A DNA stretch of 64,000 bases, taken from NCBI RefSeq assembly GCF_028369095.1, contig NZ_JAQNDN010000024.1, positions 345,350-409,349 of the forward strand. The letters run 5' to 3'. This document shows, in pieces, positions 24,326 through 33,636 of the stretch. How positions within the stretch are numbered: position 1 is the stretch's first letter; every line of letters begins with the position of its first letter. The stretch is from Nannocystis radixulma. Its GTDB lineage: Bacteria; Myxococcota_A; Polyangia; Nannocystales; Nannocystaceae. Both the position numbers and the translations under genes were made by a program. The notes below the pieces were generated by a model. That model was not told the DNA's origin. It worked only from the letters and a program-made list of their open reading frames with translations, and did not search any database.

Positions 24326-25939
24326 ATGATCGCGGGCCCGCCTTTGATCGAGCCGACGGCGCCGCGGCTGGTGCCGGTATGGCGCGAGCTGCTGTGCGAC
24401 GGCATCACTCCCGTCGAGGTCTACGCCCGGCTGCGGGCCTACGCGCGGGGCAGCAGCTCGGGGCCGCCGGACCTGCCCGGCGTCAGCTTCCTGCTCGAGA
24501 GCGCGGGCGGGACCGGCGAGCGGTGGGCCCGCTTCAGCGTGGTGGGCGTCGGCGCGCGGGCGCACGTGCGCGGGGTGTGGAACGGCTACGACCTCGACGT
24601 GACGATCACCCCGGGGCCGGGCTTCTCGCTGCCGCCGGGGGTCGAGGCCAAGAGCCGCGGGCTCGGCGGGATCGCGGCGCTGCAGCGGTCCTACGACAGC
24701 CCGCCGCGGGCCGAGCTGCCGCGCTTCTGGGGCGGCCTGGTCGGCGTGTGGGGCCATGACGCGGCGCGGGTGTTCGATCCGATCCCGCCCGTACCTGGCC
24801 TTTCGGTCATGTCGAGCGATCTGCCGGCGGTCGAGCTGGTGGCGACCGACACCCTGGTGGTGTTCGACAACTTCTCGCAGCGGGTGCGCGTGCTGGCGAC
24901 CGCGTGCGCGGAGAGCGAGGGCGGGCCGGAGGCGGCGGAGGCGGCGGCGCGGGCCCGCGTCGACGCGCTGGCGACGGCGCTGCTCGGGCCGGCGGTGCTG
25001 CGGCCGCGGCGGGTGCCGGAGGTGCAGCCGCCGGCGACCGAGGTGGCGGCGCCGTGGTCACGCACGGGCTACCGCGAGTCGGTGGCCAGCGCGCGCGAGC
25101 ACATCATGGCCGGCGACATCTTCCAGGTCGTGCTGTCGCAGCGGTTCGTGTCGCGGCGCGGCGACATCGATCTGCTCGACGTCTACCGCATGCTGCGGGT
25201 CGGCAACCCGGCGCCGTACATGTACCTGTTCGACCTGCCGGCCGCGGCGCTCACGGGCGCGTCGCCCGAGGTGCTGGTGCGGGTCGACCGCGACGCGCTG
25301 GCGCCGGCGGTGACCGGCGCGGCCAGCAGCGAGACGGCGCCGCAGTCGGGCCTGCGCGTGACGGTGCGGCCGATCGCGGGCACGCGGCCGCGCGGGCGCG
25401 ACGTGATCGAGGACGAGGCGCTGGCCAGCGAGCTGCTCGGCGATCCGAAGGAGCGCGCCGAGCACCTGATGCTGGTCGACCTCGGGCGCAACGACCTCGG
25501 GCGCGTCAGCGTGGCCGGCAGCGTGCGCGTGTCGGAGTCGTTCTCGGTCGAGCGCTACAGTCGGGTGATGCACATCGTCAGCGAGGTGCAGGGCGAGCTG
25601 CGGCCGGAGCTGACGGCGCTCGACGCCCTGCGCGCGACGTTCCCGGCCGGCACGCTGAGCGGGGCGCCGAAGATCCGCGCGCTGCAGATCATCGACGCGC
25701 TCGAGCCGGCGGCCCGCGGCTGGTACGGCGGGGCCGTCGGCTACCTCGGCTACGACGGCGCGGCCGACTTCGCCATCTGCATCCGCTCGCTGGTCGCCGT
25801 CGGCGACGAGTTCCGGGTCCAGGCCGGCGCGGGGGTCGTCTACGATTCGTCGCCCGAGGGCGAGGACAACGAGTGCCACGCCAAGGCGAGCGCGGTGCTG
25901 CGCGCGATCGCGGCGGCCACCGAGGGAGGTGCAGCGTGA
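24326..25939 (+). CDS. trpE: anthranilate synthase component I
   Basis: LESAGG...FSQRVRV...GDIFQVVLSQRF...PEVLVRV...LSGAPKIRA... Confidence 0.9.
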   Translation: MIAGPPLIEPTAPRLVPVWRELLCDGITPVEVYARLRAYARGSSSGPPDLPGVSFLLESAGGTGERWARFSVVGVGARAHVRGVWNGYDLDVTITPGPGFSLPPGVEAKSRGLGGIAALQRSYDSPPRAELPRFWGGLVGVWGHDAARVFDPIPPVPGLSVMSSDLPAVELVATDTLVVFDNFSQRVRVLATACAESEGGPEAAEAAARARVDALATALLGPAVLRPRRVPEVQPPATEVAAPWSRTGYRESVASAREHIMAGDIFQVVLSQRFVSRRGDIDLLDVYRMLRVGNPAPYMYLFDLPAAALTGASPEVLVRVDRDALAPAVTGAASSETAPQSGLRVTVRPIAGTRPRGRDVIEDEALASELLGDPKERAEHLMLVDLGRNDLGRVSVAGSVRVSESFSVERYSRVMHIVSEVQGELRPELTALDALRATFPAGTLSGAPKIRALQIIDALEPAARGWYGGAVGYLGYDGAADFAICIRSLVAVGDEFRVQAGAGVVYDSSPEGEDNECHAKASAVLRAIAAATEGGAA

Positions 25940-26625
25940 CCGAGACCGTCCACTCCGCGGCGCCGCCGTTGCCGGGCGGCCAGCGCCTGCGACCGAGCGG
26001 CGCGGCCCGCCCGGGCTGCCGCGTGCTGATGATCGACAACTACGACTCGTTCACCTTCAACCTGGTGCAGTACCTGCTGCAGCTGGGCGCGGTGGTCGAT
26101 GTCCACCGCAACGACGCGGTCACCTTGGAGCAGGTGCTGGCCGACGCGCCGAGCCACATCGTGCTGTCCCCGGGGCCAGGTACGCCGAGCGACAGCGGGG
26201 TGTGCCAGGACCTGTGCCGGCGGCTGGCCGAGGCCGACGCGCCGGCGATCCCGCTGCTCGGGGTCTGCCTCGGCCACCAGACGCTGTGCGAGGTGCTGGG
26301 CGCGCGGGTCGAGCGGGCCGGGCGGATCATGCACGGCAAGCTGTCGCCGATGCTGCACGACAGCACGGGGGTGTTCGCCGGCCTGCCGTCGCCGTTCATG
26401 GCCACCCGCTACCACAGCCTGGCCGCGGTCGAGAGCACGCTGCCGGCCGCGCTGGTGCCCAACGCGCGCACCGACGTCGGCGAGCTGATGGGCGTGCGGC
26501 ACGCCACGCGGCCGCTCCACGGGGTCCAGTTCCACCCGGAGTCGGTGCTCAGCGAGCACGGCCACGCGATGCTGCGCACCTTCCTCGAGATGCATGTCCC
26601 TTCGAACATGGCGGGATCGACATGA
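25936..26625 (+). CDS. trpG: anthranilate synthase component II (glutamine amidotransferase) with repeat-derived C-terminal tail
   Basis: MIDNYDSFTFNLVQYL...GVCLGHQ...HPES. GTG at 25936 overlaps the trpE stop; an alternative ATG is near 26029. The last ~11 aa (MHVPSNMAGST) are encoded by the repeat array. Confidence 0.85.
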   Translation: MTETVHSAAPPLPGGQRLRPSGAARPGCRVLMIDNYDSFTFNLVQYLLQLGAVVDVHRNDAVTLEQVLADAPSHIVLSPGPGTPSDSGVCQDLCRRLAEADAPAIPLLGVCLGHQTLCEVLGARVERAGRIMHGKLSPMLHDSTGVFAGLPSPFMATRYHSLAAVESTLPAALVPNARTDVGELMGVRHATRPLHGVQFHPESVLSEHGHAMLRTFLEMHVPSNMAGST

Positions 26626-27689
26626 CCGAAGGCACAGCTGACGGGGCGCTGCGGCGCGGGCTGGCGCGGCTGGTCCGCGGCGAGGCGGTCGGCGAGGACG
26701 AGGCGCTGGCGATCTTCCGCGAGATCGTGGCGGGCGCCGCCGACCCGGCGCAGATAGGCGGGCTGTTGGTCGGCCTTTCGATCCGCGGCGAGACGGCGGC
26801 GGTGATCGCCGGTGCGGTGCGGGCGATGCGGGAGGCGGTGGTCGCGGTGCCCCTGCGCGGGGCCGGGGCGATCGACACCTGCGGCACCGGCGGCAGCGGG
26901 GTGGCGCGGCGCAACGTGTCGACGGCGGTGGCGATCGCGGCGGCGGCCTGCGGGGCGCGGGTGGCCAAGCACGGCAACCGCGGGATCTCGAGCCCGTGCG
27001 GCTCGGCCGACGTGCTGGCCGCGCTCGGCGTCGACATCACGGCGCCGCCCGAGCGGGTCGGCAATTGCGTCGACGAGGTCGGCGTCGGCTTCATGTTCGC
27101 GCCCAACCTGCACCCGGCGATGCGCCACGCGGCCGGGCCGCGCAAGGCGCTGGGGCTGCGCACGCTGTTCAACCTGGTGGGGCCGATGTGCAACCCCGCG
27201 GGTGTGCGGCGCCAGGTGATCGGGGTGTTCGATCCGGGCAAGGTCGAGGCGATGGCGGCGGCGCTCGGGGCTCTCGGCAGCGAGCGCGTGTTCGTGGTCC
27301 ACGGCTTCTTCGCCGGCGCCGAGCGGCCCGGGATCGACGATCTCAGCCCGGAGGGCGCGAGCACGATCGCCGAGTGGCACCGGGGCGCGCTGCGCACGTA
27401 CACGCTGCGCCCGGGCGACGCCGGGCTGCCGGAGGTGCCGATCGCGGCGATCGCCGGCGACGACGCGGCCGGCAACGCGAACGCGCTGCGGGGCCTGCTG
27501 GCCGGCGAGCCGGGGGCGTACCGGACAAGTGTGCAGTACAGCGGCGCGCTGGCCCTGCTGGCCGCCGGCGACGACGGCCTGGAGACGCTCCCGGCCAAGG
27601 CGCGAGCGATCGGCGCGGCGCTCGACGACGGCCGCGCCGCGGCGGTGCTCGACCGGCTCGTCGCCGCCAGCCGCGCTGCGCTACCCTGA
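26622..27689 (+). CDS. trpD: anthranilate phosphoribosyltransferase
   Basis: GLLVGL...DTCGTGGSG...NLHPAM... Start overlaps the trpG stop (ATGA). Confidence 0.9.
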   Translation: MTEGTADGALRRGLARLVRGEAVGEDEALAIFREIVAGAADPAQIGGLLVGLSIRGETAAVIAGAVRAMREAVVAVPLRGAGAIDTCGTGGSGVARRNVSTAVAIAAAACGARVAKHGNRGISSPCGSADVLAALGVDITAPPERVGNCVDEVGVGFMFAPNLHPAMRHAAGPRKALGLRTLFNLVGPMCNPAGVRRQVIGVFDPGKVEAMAAALGALGSERVFVVHGFFAGAERPGIDDLSPEGASTIAEWHRGALRTYTLRPGDAGLPEVPIAAIAGDDAAGNANALRGLLAGEPGAYRTSVQYSGALALLAAGDDGLETLPAKARAIGAALDDGRAAAVLDRLVAASRAALP

Positions 27690-27697
27690 GGCGGGAC

Positions 27698-28504
27698 ATG
27701 AGCGACAAAGGCAGCACGTACCTCGACAAGATCCTCGCCGCCAAGCGGGCCGAGCTCGCCGCCCCGAGGGCGACGCGCTCGGGGGCGCTGACCGACCGCG
27801 AGCTGCTCGAGCTCGGGGCCCGACTGCCACGGCCGCGCGACTTCATCGGCGCCCTGCGCGAGGGGCCGCGGCCGGGGATCATCGCCGAGTTCAAGCGCGC
27901 CTCGCCGAGCGCCGGCGTGCTGCGCGAGGGGGCCGACGCGCGCCAGATCGCGATGCTCTACGCGGCCAACGGCGCGGCCTGCATGAGCGTGCTGTGCGAC
28001 AAGCACTTCCAGGGCTCGCTCGACGACCTCCGCTCGGTCCGCCAGAGCGTGGCGCTGCCGCTGCTGTGCAAGGACTTCATCCTCGAGAAGACGCAGATCG
28101 TCGAGGCCAAGCGGGTCGGGGCCGACTGCGTGCTGCTGATCGTCGCCGCCCTGCCGGTGCCGCAGCTGCGCAACCTGATCGAGTTCTCCCACTCGCTCGA
28201 GATGCAGGTGCTGTGCGAGACCCGCGACGAGGCGGAGATCGATCGGGCGATGGCGGCCGGCGGCAAGCTCATCGGCGTCAACTCGCGCGACCTCCAGACC
28301 TTCGAGCTCGACCCCGACCGCGCCGCCAAGCTGCGCAAATACGTGCCCAGCAGCTTCACGTACGTCGCCGAGAGCGGGGTCCGCACCATCGACGACGCGC
28401 TCCGCCTGCGCGACTCGGGCGCCGACGCGCTCCTGATCGGCAGCTACTTCATGACCGCCGAGCAGCCCGGCGAGACGCTGCGCGAGCTGGTGATGGCGCT
28501 CTGA
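27698..28504 (+). CDS. trpC: indole-3-glycerol-phosphate synthase
   Basis: IIAEFKRASPS...LLCKDFI...IGVNSRDL...; the start sits within a GGGACATG core. Confidence 0.9.
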   Translation: MSDKGSTYLDKILAAKRAELAAPRATRSGALTDRELLELGARLPRPRDFIGALREGPRPGIIAEFKRASPSAGVLREGADARQIAMLYAANGAACMSVLCDKHFQGSLDDLRSVRQSVALPLLCKDFILEKTQIVEAKRVGADCVLLIVAALPVPQLRNLIEFSHSLEMQVLCETRDEAEIDRAMAAGGKLIGVNSRDLQTFELDPDRAAKLRKYVPSSFTYVAESGVRTIDDALRLRDSGADALLIGSYFMTAEQPGETLRELVMAL

Positions 28505-28519
28505 ACGGGGCTGTTCGTG

Positions 28520-28578
28520 CGGGCATGTTCGCCGGGACAGGGTGATCGGGACAGGGTGTTTCGGACATGTCCGTAAAG
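28520..28578. repeat. 14-bp phased array (~4 units) in the trpC-trpF intergenic spacer
   Basis: GGGCATGTTCGCC GGGACAGGGTGATC GGGACAGGGTGTTTC GGACATGTCCG. Confidence 0.75.
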
Positions 28579-29193
28579 CTCAAGGTGTGCGGGGTGACCC
28601 GGCCGCAGGACCTCGCGGCCTGCGTCGAGCTCGGTGTCGACGCCGTCGGCATCAACCTGTGGAGCGGCTCGCGCCGCGGGCTGACGCTGGCCGAGGCCGA
28701 GGCGCTGCTGGCCGAGGTGCGGCCGCCGCCGGCGCTCGAGCGCGTGGGGGTGTTCGTCGAGCCGACGGCCGACGAGGTGCGACGCGCCGCCGAGGCGCTG
28801 CAGCTCGACCTCGTGCAGATCGTCGGCGCGCAGGAGGTGACGGGCTTCGGGCTGCCGTACCTGTGGGTGGTCCGCGGCACGCCGGCGCTGGCCGAACTGC
28901 GGGCCCCGACGCCCCGCCCGGCGCGCGCGCTGCTCGACGCCGCGGTGCCCGGCTACGGCGGCGCGGGCCAGACGACCGACTGGGGCTGGGCCGCGGCGGC
29001 GGTGCAGCGCCTGGCGCCGCTCGAGGTGTGGCTCGCCGGCGGCATCACAGCGAGGAACGCGGCGCTGGCGATCCAGCAGGTGCGGCCGGCCGGGCTCGAC
29101 GTCGCCAGCGGCACCGAGCTGGCCGGCGCCATTCGCGGCGAGAAGGACCGGGCGGCGATCGTGGAGTTGCTGGCGGCCTGCCGCGGCGGCTGA
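28567..29193 (+). CDS. trpF: phosphoribosylanthranilate isomerase
   Basis: LKVCGVTRPQD...VDAVGINLW...WLAGGI... Confidence 0.85.
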   Translation: MSVKLKVCGVTRPQDLAACVELGVDAVGINLWSGSRRGLTLAEAEALLAEVRPPPALERVGVFVEPTADEVRRAAEALQLDLVQIVGAQEVTGFGLPYLWVVRGTPALAELRAPTPRPARALLDAAVPGYGGAGQTTDWGWAAAAVQRLAPLEVWLAGGITARNAALAIQQVRPAGLDVASGTELAGAIRGEKDRAAIVELLAACRGG

Positions 29194-29199
29194 TCGTTC

Positions 29200-29256
29200 G
29201 GGCATGTCGTCAGGAGCATGTTTGATGAGACATGTTGAAAGGGGCATGTCGTGAGC
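29200..29256. repeat. 14-bp phased array (4 units) in the trpF - Mur-ligase spacer
   Basis: ATGT at about 29204, 29218, 29232 and 29246, exactly 14 bp apart. Confidence 0.85.
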
Positions 29257-30483
29257 GCCACGCGCCCGGCGGCGGCGCCGTGGGCCGAGTCGATGTTCAC
29301 GTTCGGGGTCACCGGCACGAACGGCAAGACGTCGACGACGTGGATGATCGCGGCGGCGGTGCGCACGGCGGCGCTGCACGTGCTGCAGGTGTCGACGCTC
29401 GGGGTGGCGTTCGACGACGAGGCGTGGCCGCGCGGCAAGCGGTTCCCCGACTTCGTGGCGACGCTCGAGCGGGCCCACGCGCGCGGCTGTCGCTACGCGG
29501 TGATCGAGACGACCAGCCACGCGCTGGCGCAGGGCTACGCGCGCAGTTGGCGGTTCGACCTGGGCGTGTTCACCAACCTCTCGAACGACCACTTCGGCAC
29601 GCACGGCAGCTGGGAGCACTACCTCGCGGCCAAGGCCCAGCTGTTCATGCACCTGGGCCCCGGGCGAGTGGCGGTGCTCAACGCGGCCGACAAGCACGCG
29701 CTGTACGTCGACCAGGCGATCCCCGGCGACGTGGAGCGGCGCTGGTTCGCGGCGCCGGGCCGCGGCCCGCGGCTGCGCGCGGCGGACCTCGAGGCGGCGG
29801 CGATCGAGGTCGGACCGACGGGGACGCGCGTGCTGCTGCAACCGTCGCCGGTAGCGACGGCGCTGGGCGGGGTGCTGACGACGCGGATGGTCGGCGAGGT
29901 GTTCGGCGAGAACGCGCTGGCGGCCGCGCTCGCGGGGCTGGCGGCCGGGTTGCCGGCGACCGCGGTGGTGCACGGGATCGCGGCCTGTCCGGTGGTGCCG
30001 GGCCGCTTCGAGGTGCTGACGCACGGGGCGGGCCGGCCGACGATCGCCGTCGACTACGCGCACTCGCCCGACGCGCTGGCCCACACGTGCGCGACGGCGC
30101 GGCGGCTGGCCGGGGCGGAGGGGCGCGTGATCGTGGTGTTCGGCGCGGGCGGCAACTCGACGCCCGAGAAGCGCGCGCCGATGGGCGAGGCCGTGGGCGC
30201 GCACGCCGACGTCGCGGTGGTGACGAGCGACAACCCGCGCGACGAGGACCCGGCCGCGATCGCGGCGGCGGTGATCGAAGGCCTGCAGGGGCGGCGGGCG
30301 ACGTGGACGATCGAGCTCGATCGGGCGCAGGCGATCGCGGGGGCGCTCGCGGAGGCCGGCGCGGGCGACGTGGTCGTCATCGCCGGCAAGGGCCACGAGG
30401 AGGGCCAGGTCGTCCGCGGGCAGACGCGGCCGTTCTCCGACGTGGCCGAGGTGCGGCGGATCCTCGGCGAGAGCGCCGGCTGA
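29251..30483 (+). CDS. Mur-ligase-family protein (MurE-like central and C-terminal domains, no N-terminal domain)
   Basis: FGVTGTNGKTSTT P-loop, DYAHSPDAL, VVTSDNPRDEDP, IAGKGHE motifs; 410 aa; lies directly after trpF. Confidence 0.7.
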   Translation: MSATRPAAAPWAESMFTFGVTGTNGKTSTTWMIAAAVRTAALHVLQVSTLGVAFDDEAWPRGKRFPDFVATLERAHARGCRYAVIETTSHALAQGYARSWRFDLGVFTNLSNDHFGTHGSWEHYLAAKAQLFMHLGPGRVAVLNAADKHALYVDQAIPGDVERRWFAAPGRGPRLRAADLEAAAIEVGPTGTRVLLQPSPVATALGGVLTTRMVGEVFGENALAAALAGLAAGLPATAVVHGIAACPVVPGRFEVLTHGAGRPTIAVDYAHSPDALAHTCATARRLAGAEGRVIVVFGAGGNSTPEKRAPMGEAVGAHADVAVVTSDNPRDEDPAAIAAAVIEGLQGRRATWTIELDRAQAIAGALAEAGAGDVVVIAGKGHEEGQVVRGQTRPFSDVAEVRRILGESAG

Positions 30484-30526
30484 CGGTGCGCATGCGCGGC
30501 CGCGTGGTCGGCGTGGGACACTGATG

Positions 30527-30568
30527 TCTTTCAGGGCATGTCGTGAAGGACATGTCCTTGAATGCAAC
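30527..30568. repeat. 14-bp phased array, 3 units
   Basis: TGATGTCTTTCAG GGCATGTCGTGAA GGACATGTCCTTG. Confidence 0.75.
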
Positions 30569-31186
30569 TCAGCAGTCGGCCTCGTCGGAGCCGTCGGCGC
30601 AGTCCTGGGCCGTGTCGCACTTCCAGGTCGCCGGGATCTCGATGCCGTCGGCGCAGGTGAAGGCCTCCTGGCCGCAGCCGGTGACCTCGTCGGAGTTGTC
30701 CACGCAGTCGGCGACCTCGTCGCAGGCCCAGGTCGCGGGGATCTCCTTCTTGTCGCCGCTGCAGGTGAAGGCCTCGAGGCCGCAGCCGGTGACCTCGTCG
30801 GAGCCGTCGGGGCAGTCGGGGTTCTCGTCGCAGACCCAGGCGGGGTCCTCGAGCGCGGTGCCGTCGCTGCAGACGAAGCCCTCGCCGGTGGTGGCGTCGG
30901 TGGCGGTGCCGGCGGTCGCGTCGGTGGTGCCGGCGGTCGCCTCGGTGGTGGTCGGCGCCTCGGTGGTGGTCGGCACGCTCGAGTCCGTGCCGGTCGCGGT
31001 GCCCTCGGTCCCGCCGTCGGTGGTGGTCGTATCGTCGGTGGTGCCGGTCGTGCTCGTCGTCGAGGTTTCGGGGCCGATGTTGGTGTCGGTCAGGCCGTTG
31101 CCGAGATTGATCGTGCAGGCGGCTGTGCCGAGGCCCTGGCTCATGAGCGCGGCCACGGTCAAAAACTTCGAGAGGTCGATGTTCAT
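30569..31186 (-). CDS. secreted Thr-rich protein with three LDL-receptor class A (LDLa) modules
   Basis: Signal peptide MNIDLSKFLTVAALMSQGLGTAAC; Thr/Gly/Asp-rich linker; FVCSDG..WVCDENPDCPDGSDE, FTCSGD..WACDEVADCVDNSDE and FTCADG..WKCDTAQDCADGSDE. Confidence 0.65.
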   Translation of the reverse strand: MNIDLSKFLTVAALMSQGLGTAACTINLGNGLTDTNIGPETSTTSTTGTTDDTTTTDGGTEGTATGTDSSVPTTTEAPTTTEATAGTTDATAGTATDATTGEGFVCSDGTALEDPAWVCDENPDCPDGSDEVTGCGLEAFTCSGDKKEIPATWACDEVADCVDNSDEVTGCGQEAFTCADGIEIPATWKCDTAQDCADGSDEADC

Positions 31187-31254
31187 CGTGCCGGCGAATG
31201 TGCCACGGGGACGCGCGCAGGGGCGCGCGCGACCCCGTGGACAGCAGGCGCGAT

Positions 31255-31755
31255 TCAGGTCGGTGCGAGGCGGACGGTGACCTCTGCGCTCGGATCGAAC
31301 GGCGAGCCCTTGACGTCGGCGATGCATTTGACGACCAGCCGCACTCGCGGATCACGGGTGGCGGCGTTGGGATCGGAGAAGCCGTTCTTCGCCAGGATGC
31401 CGGCGAGGTCGACGTCGCTCACCATCCACGGCTGGGTGATGACCTGCCCGGGCTTGAGGTCGCACGGCATCTTGAGGCAGCTGTCCGAGTAGCTGACGTT
31501 GGGATCGGGATCCTTCTCGGCGACGGCGAGGAACGGCGACTCGATGTCGTCCTTCTTGATGTACAGCCACACCTCGTATTTGGTCGCCAGCAGGGTGCAG
31601 TCCTGCTGAGCGGTGATTACCATCGTGCCCTTGAGCACCGAGTCGGTGACCGGAAAGGTGGCGGTCTCCGCCGGTTGACGCTCGATGACGGTGATGGCGA
31701 CGCTCGCCATGTTCTTGCCGCCGAGGAACTGCTTGGCCTTGTCGAAGAATCCCAT
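31255..31755 (-). CDS. SpoOM-family (arrestin-like) protein, lower GC
   Basis: MGFFDKAKQFLGG...VAITVIERQP...GTMVITAQQDCTL...EVWLYIKKDD resembles the Spo0M family N-terminus. Family assignment is from memory. Confidence 0.5.
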   Translation of the reverse strand: MGFFDKAKQFLGGKNMASVAITVIERQPAETATFPVTDSVLKGTMVITAQQDCTLLATKYEVWLYIKKDDIESPFLAVAEKDPDPNVSYSDSCLKMPCDLKPGQVITQPWMVSDVDLAGILAKNGFSDPNAATRDPRVRLVVKCIADVKGSPFDPSAEVTVRLAPT

Positions 31756-31798
31756 GCCTCGCAGAGGTACCACGTCGCGGACCGATTCCGCGCGAGGT

Positions 31799-32884
31799 TC
31801 AGCGGGCGGCCACGCGGATCGGCGGCGCGTGGGTGGGGTGGCGATCGCTGACGGCGGCGCCGTGCACCATCGGTTGATAGCCGTCGCTGAACATCGTGTA
31901 GGGGGTCGTGGCAGGCGGCGCGCTGGCCTCGTCGAGGCGGCGCTGCAGCTCGGGCGGCAGGCTGAATTCGAGGGCGGCGAGGTTGTCCTCGAGCTGCTCC
32001 GGGCGGGTGGCGCCGAGGATCACCGATGTGACACCCGGACGCGAAAGCACCCACTGCAACGCGACCTGGGCCATGCTGCGGCCGAGCTCGCGGGCGACTC
32101 CGTCGAGCGCGGCGACGATGTTCCAGTTGCGTTCGGTGAGGACGCCGAGCGCCCGACCCATCTCGGTGTCGAGCCGCCCGCCACTGCCCTCGCCGGAGGG
32201 GCGGTACTTGCCGGAGAGCAGGCCGCCGGCGAGCGGACTCCAGGCGGTGATGCCCATGCCGAGGCCCGTGGCCAGCGAGCTGAACTCGGCCTCGATGCCG
32301 CGCTCGACCAGCGAGTATTGCAGCTGCAGATTGACGATCGGAGTGAGTGCGTGCGCCTCGGCCCAGGTCTGCGCGCGCGCGGCGTACCACGCGGGGACGT
32401 CGGAGAGGCCGGCGTGGCGGATCTTGCCGGCGCGCACGAGGTCGTCGAAGGCGCGCACGACCTCCTCGGCGGGGGTGATCCGATCCCAGGTGTGCAGCAG
32501 GTAGAGGTCGACGTAGTCGGTCTTGAGCCGCCGCAGCGAGGCCTCGAGCGCGCGGATCATGTTCTTGCGCCCGTTGCCGCCGGCGTTCGGATCGCCGCCG
32601 CTCAGGTTGTAGCTGTACTTGGTGGTGAGCACGAGGCGGTCGCGGTCGACGTCGGCGATGAACTCACCGAGCATCGACTCGCTGGTGCCGCGGGTGTAGA
32701 GGTCGGCGGTGTCGATGAAGTTGCCGCCGGCGGCGAGGTAGCGGTCGAACACGGCGCGCGCGGTCTGCTTGCTCGAGCCCCACGTGCCGTACGGGCCGTC
32801 GGTGCCGAAGGTCATGGTGCCGAGCGCGAACGGACTGACGCGCAAACCCGAACGACCGAGCAGGTAGTACTGATCGAGAGACAT
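31799..32884 (-). CDS. aldo/keto reductase
   Basis: GTMTFG...FIDTADLY...LVLTTKY...LLHTWD... AKR signature; 361 aa. Confidence 0.85.
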   Translation of the reverse strand: MSLDQYYLLGRSGLRVSPFALGTMTFGTDGPYGTWGSSKQTARAVFDRYLAAGGNFIDTADLYTRGTSESMLGEFIADVDRDRLVLTTKYSYNLSGGDPNAGGNGRKNMIRALEASLRRLKTDYVDLYLLHTWDRITPAEEVVRAFDDLVRAGKIRHAGLSDVPAWYAARAQTWAEAHALTPIVNLQLQYSLVERGIEAEFSSLATGLGMGITAWSPLAGGLLSGKYRPSGEGSGGRLDTEMGRALGVLTERNWNIVAALDGVARELGRSMAQVALQWVLSRPGVTSVILGATRPEQLEDNLAALEFSLPPELQRRLDEASAPPATTPYTMFSDGYQPMVHGAAVSDRHPTHAPPIRVAAR

Positions 32885-32951
32885 GACAACACTCCTGATG
32901 GTGAAGGACCGCGACTGCGCGGGCCTTCACGGCGAAGGTGACACTGGTTGT

Positions 32952-32975
32952 GGACTATGCAGTCAAGAACTTGAG
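32952..32975. promoter_or_regulatory. candidate TetR operator copy between tetR and the AKR gene (shared motif GTTCTTGACTG)
   Basis: An 11-bp motif shared with the site upstream of tetR: GTTCTTGACTG on the minus strand (AGTCAAGAAC on +) in the 78-bp tetR-AKR intergenic region. Confidence 0.4.
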
Positions 32976-33565
32976 GCCGAGGCCGGCGCCTTGAGGGCGG
33001 CCACGGCGAAGCCGGCGACGGCGCGCAGGGCCTCGGGGGTGGCGCCCGTGCGGGCGCTGATCCGCAGGCCCTGCAGGGTGGTGAGGAGGAAGCGGCCGGC
33101 GCTGCGCTCGTCGACGTGGGGCCCGAGCTCGCCGCGGCACTTGGCCTCGGCGACCATGCGCTCGAAGGCGGCCTCGCACAGGGAGGTGGCGCTGCGCGCC
33201 AGCAGGACGACGTCGGGGTCGCGCTGGGCCAGCTCGACGATCGACTGGATGCCCATGCAGCCGCGCGCGCGGGCCTCCGGGGCCTCGCCGGCGACGCCCA
33301 GCAGGATGTCCTCGATCGCGCCGAGCGGCGAGGCGACGGCCCGCAGCCGCTCGAGCAGCGCCGCGGCTTGGCGCGCCTGGTAGCGCTCGAGCGCGGCGAG
33401 GTAGAGGCCGTGCTTGTCGCCGAAGGCGGCGTACATGCTCTGGCGGCCGATGCCCATGGCCTGCAGCAGCTGCTCGGTGGAGGTGGCCTCGTAGCCGTGC
33501 TCCCAGAACACGGCCATGGCGCGCTCCACCGCCTCGTCTCGATCGAACTCGCGTGGGCGGGGCAC
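32963..33565 (-). CDS. TetR/AcrR-family transcriptional regulator
   Basis: N-terminal HTH FWEHGYEATSTEQLLQAMGIGRQSMYAAFGDKHGLY; 200 aa. Confidence 0.85.
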   Translation of the reverse strand: MPRPREFDRDEAVERAMAVFWEHGYEATSTEQLLQAMGIGRQSMYAAFGDKHGLYLAALERYQARQAAALLERLRAVASPLGAIEDILLGVAGEAPEARARGCMGIQSIVELAQRDPDVVLLARSATSLCEAAFERMVAEAKCRGELGPHVDERSAGRFLLTTLQGLRISARTGATPEALRAVAGFAVAALKAPASASSS

Positions 33566-33569
33566 GACT

Positions 33570-33600
33570 AGAACCTAAGTGTTCTTGACTGAGCTGTCAA
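33570..33600. promoter_or_regulatory. candidate TetR operator / tetR promoter (GAAC-N6-GTTC and TTGACT-N4-TGTCAA palindromes)
   Basis: GAACCTAAGTGTTCTTGACTGAGCTGTCAAAATTAAATCG lies immediately upstream of the tetR start, with nested inverted repeats and an AT-rich tract. Confidence 0.4.
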
Positions 33601-33636
33601 AATTAAATCGACATGATGCGCGCGTTGCGCGGTGGC

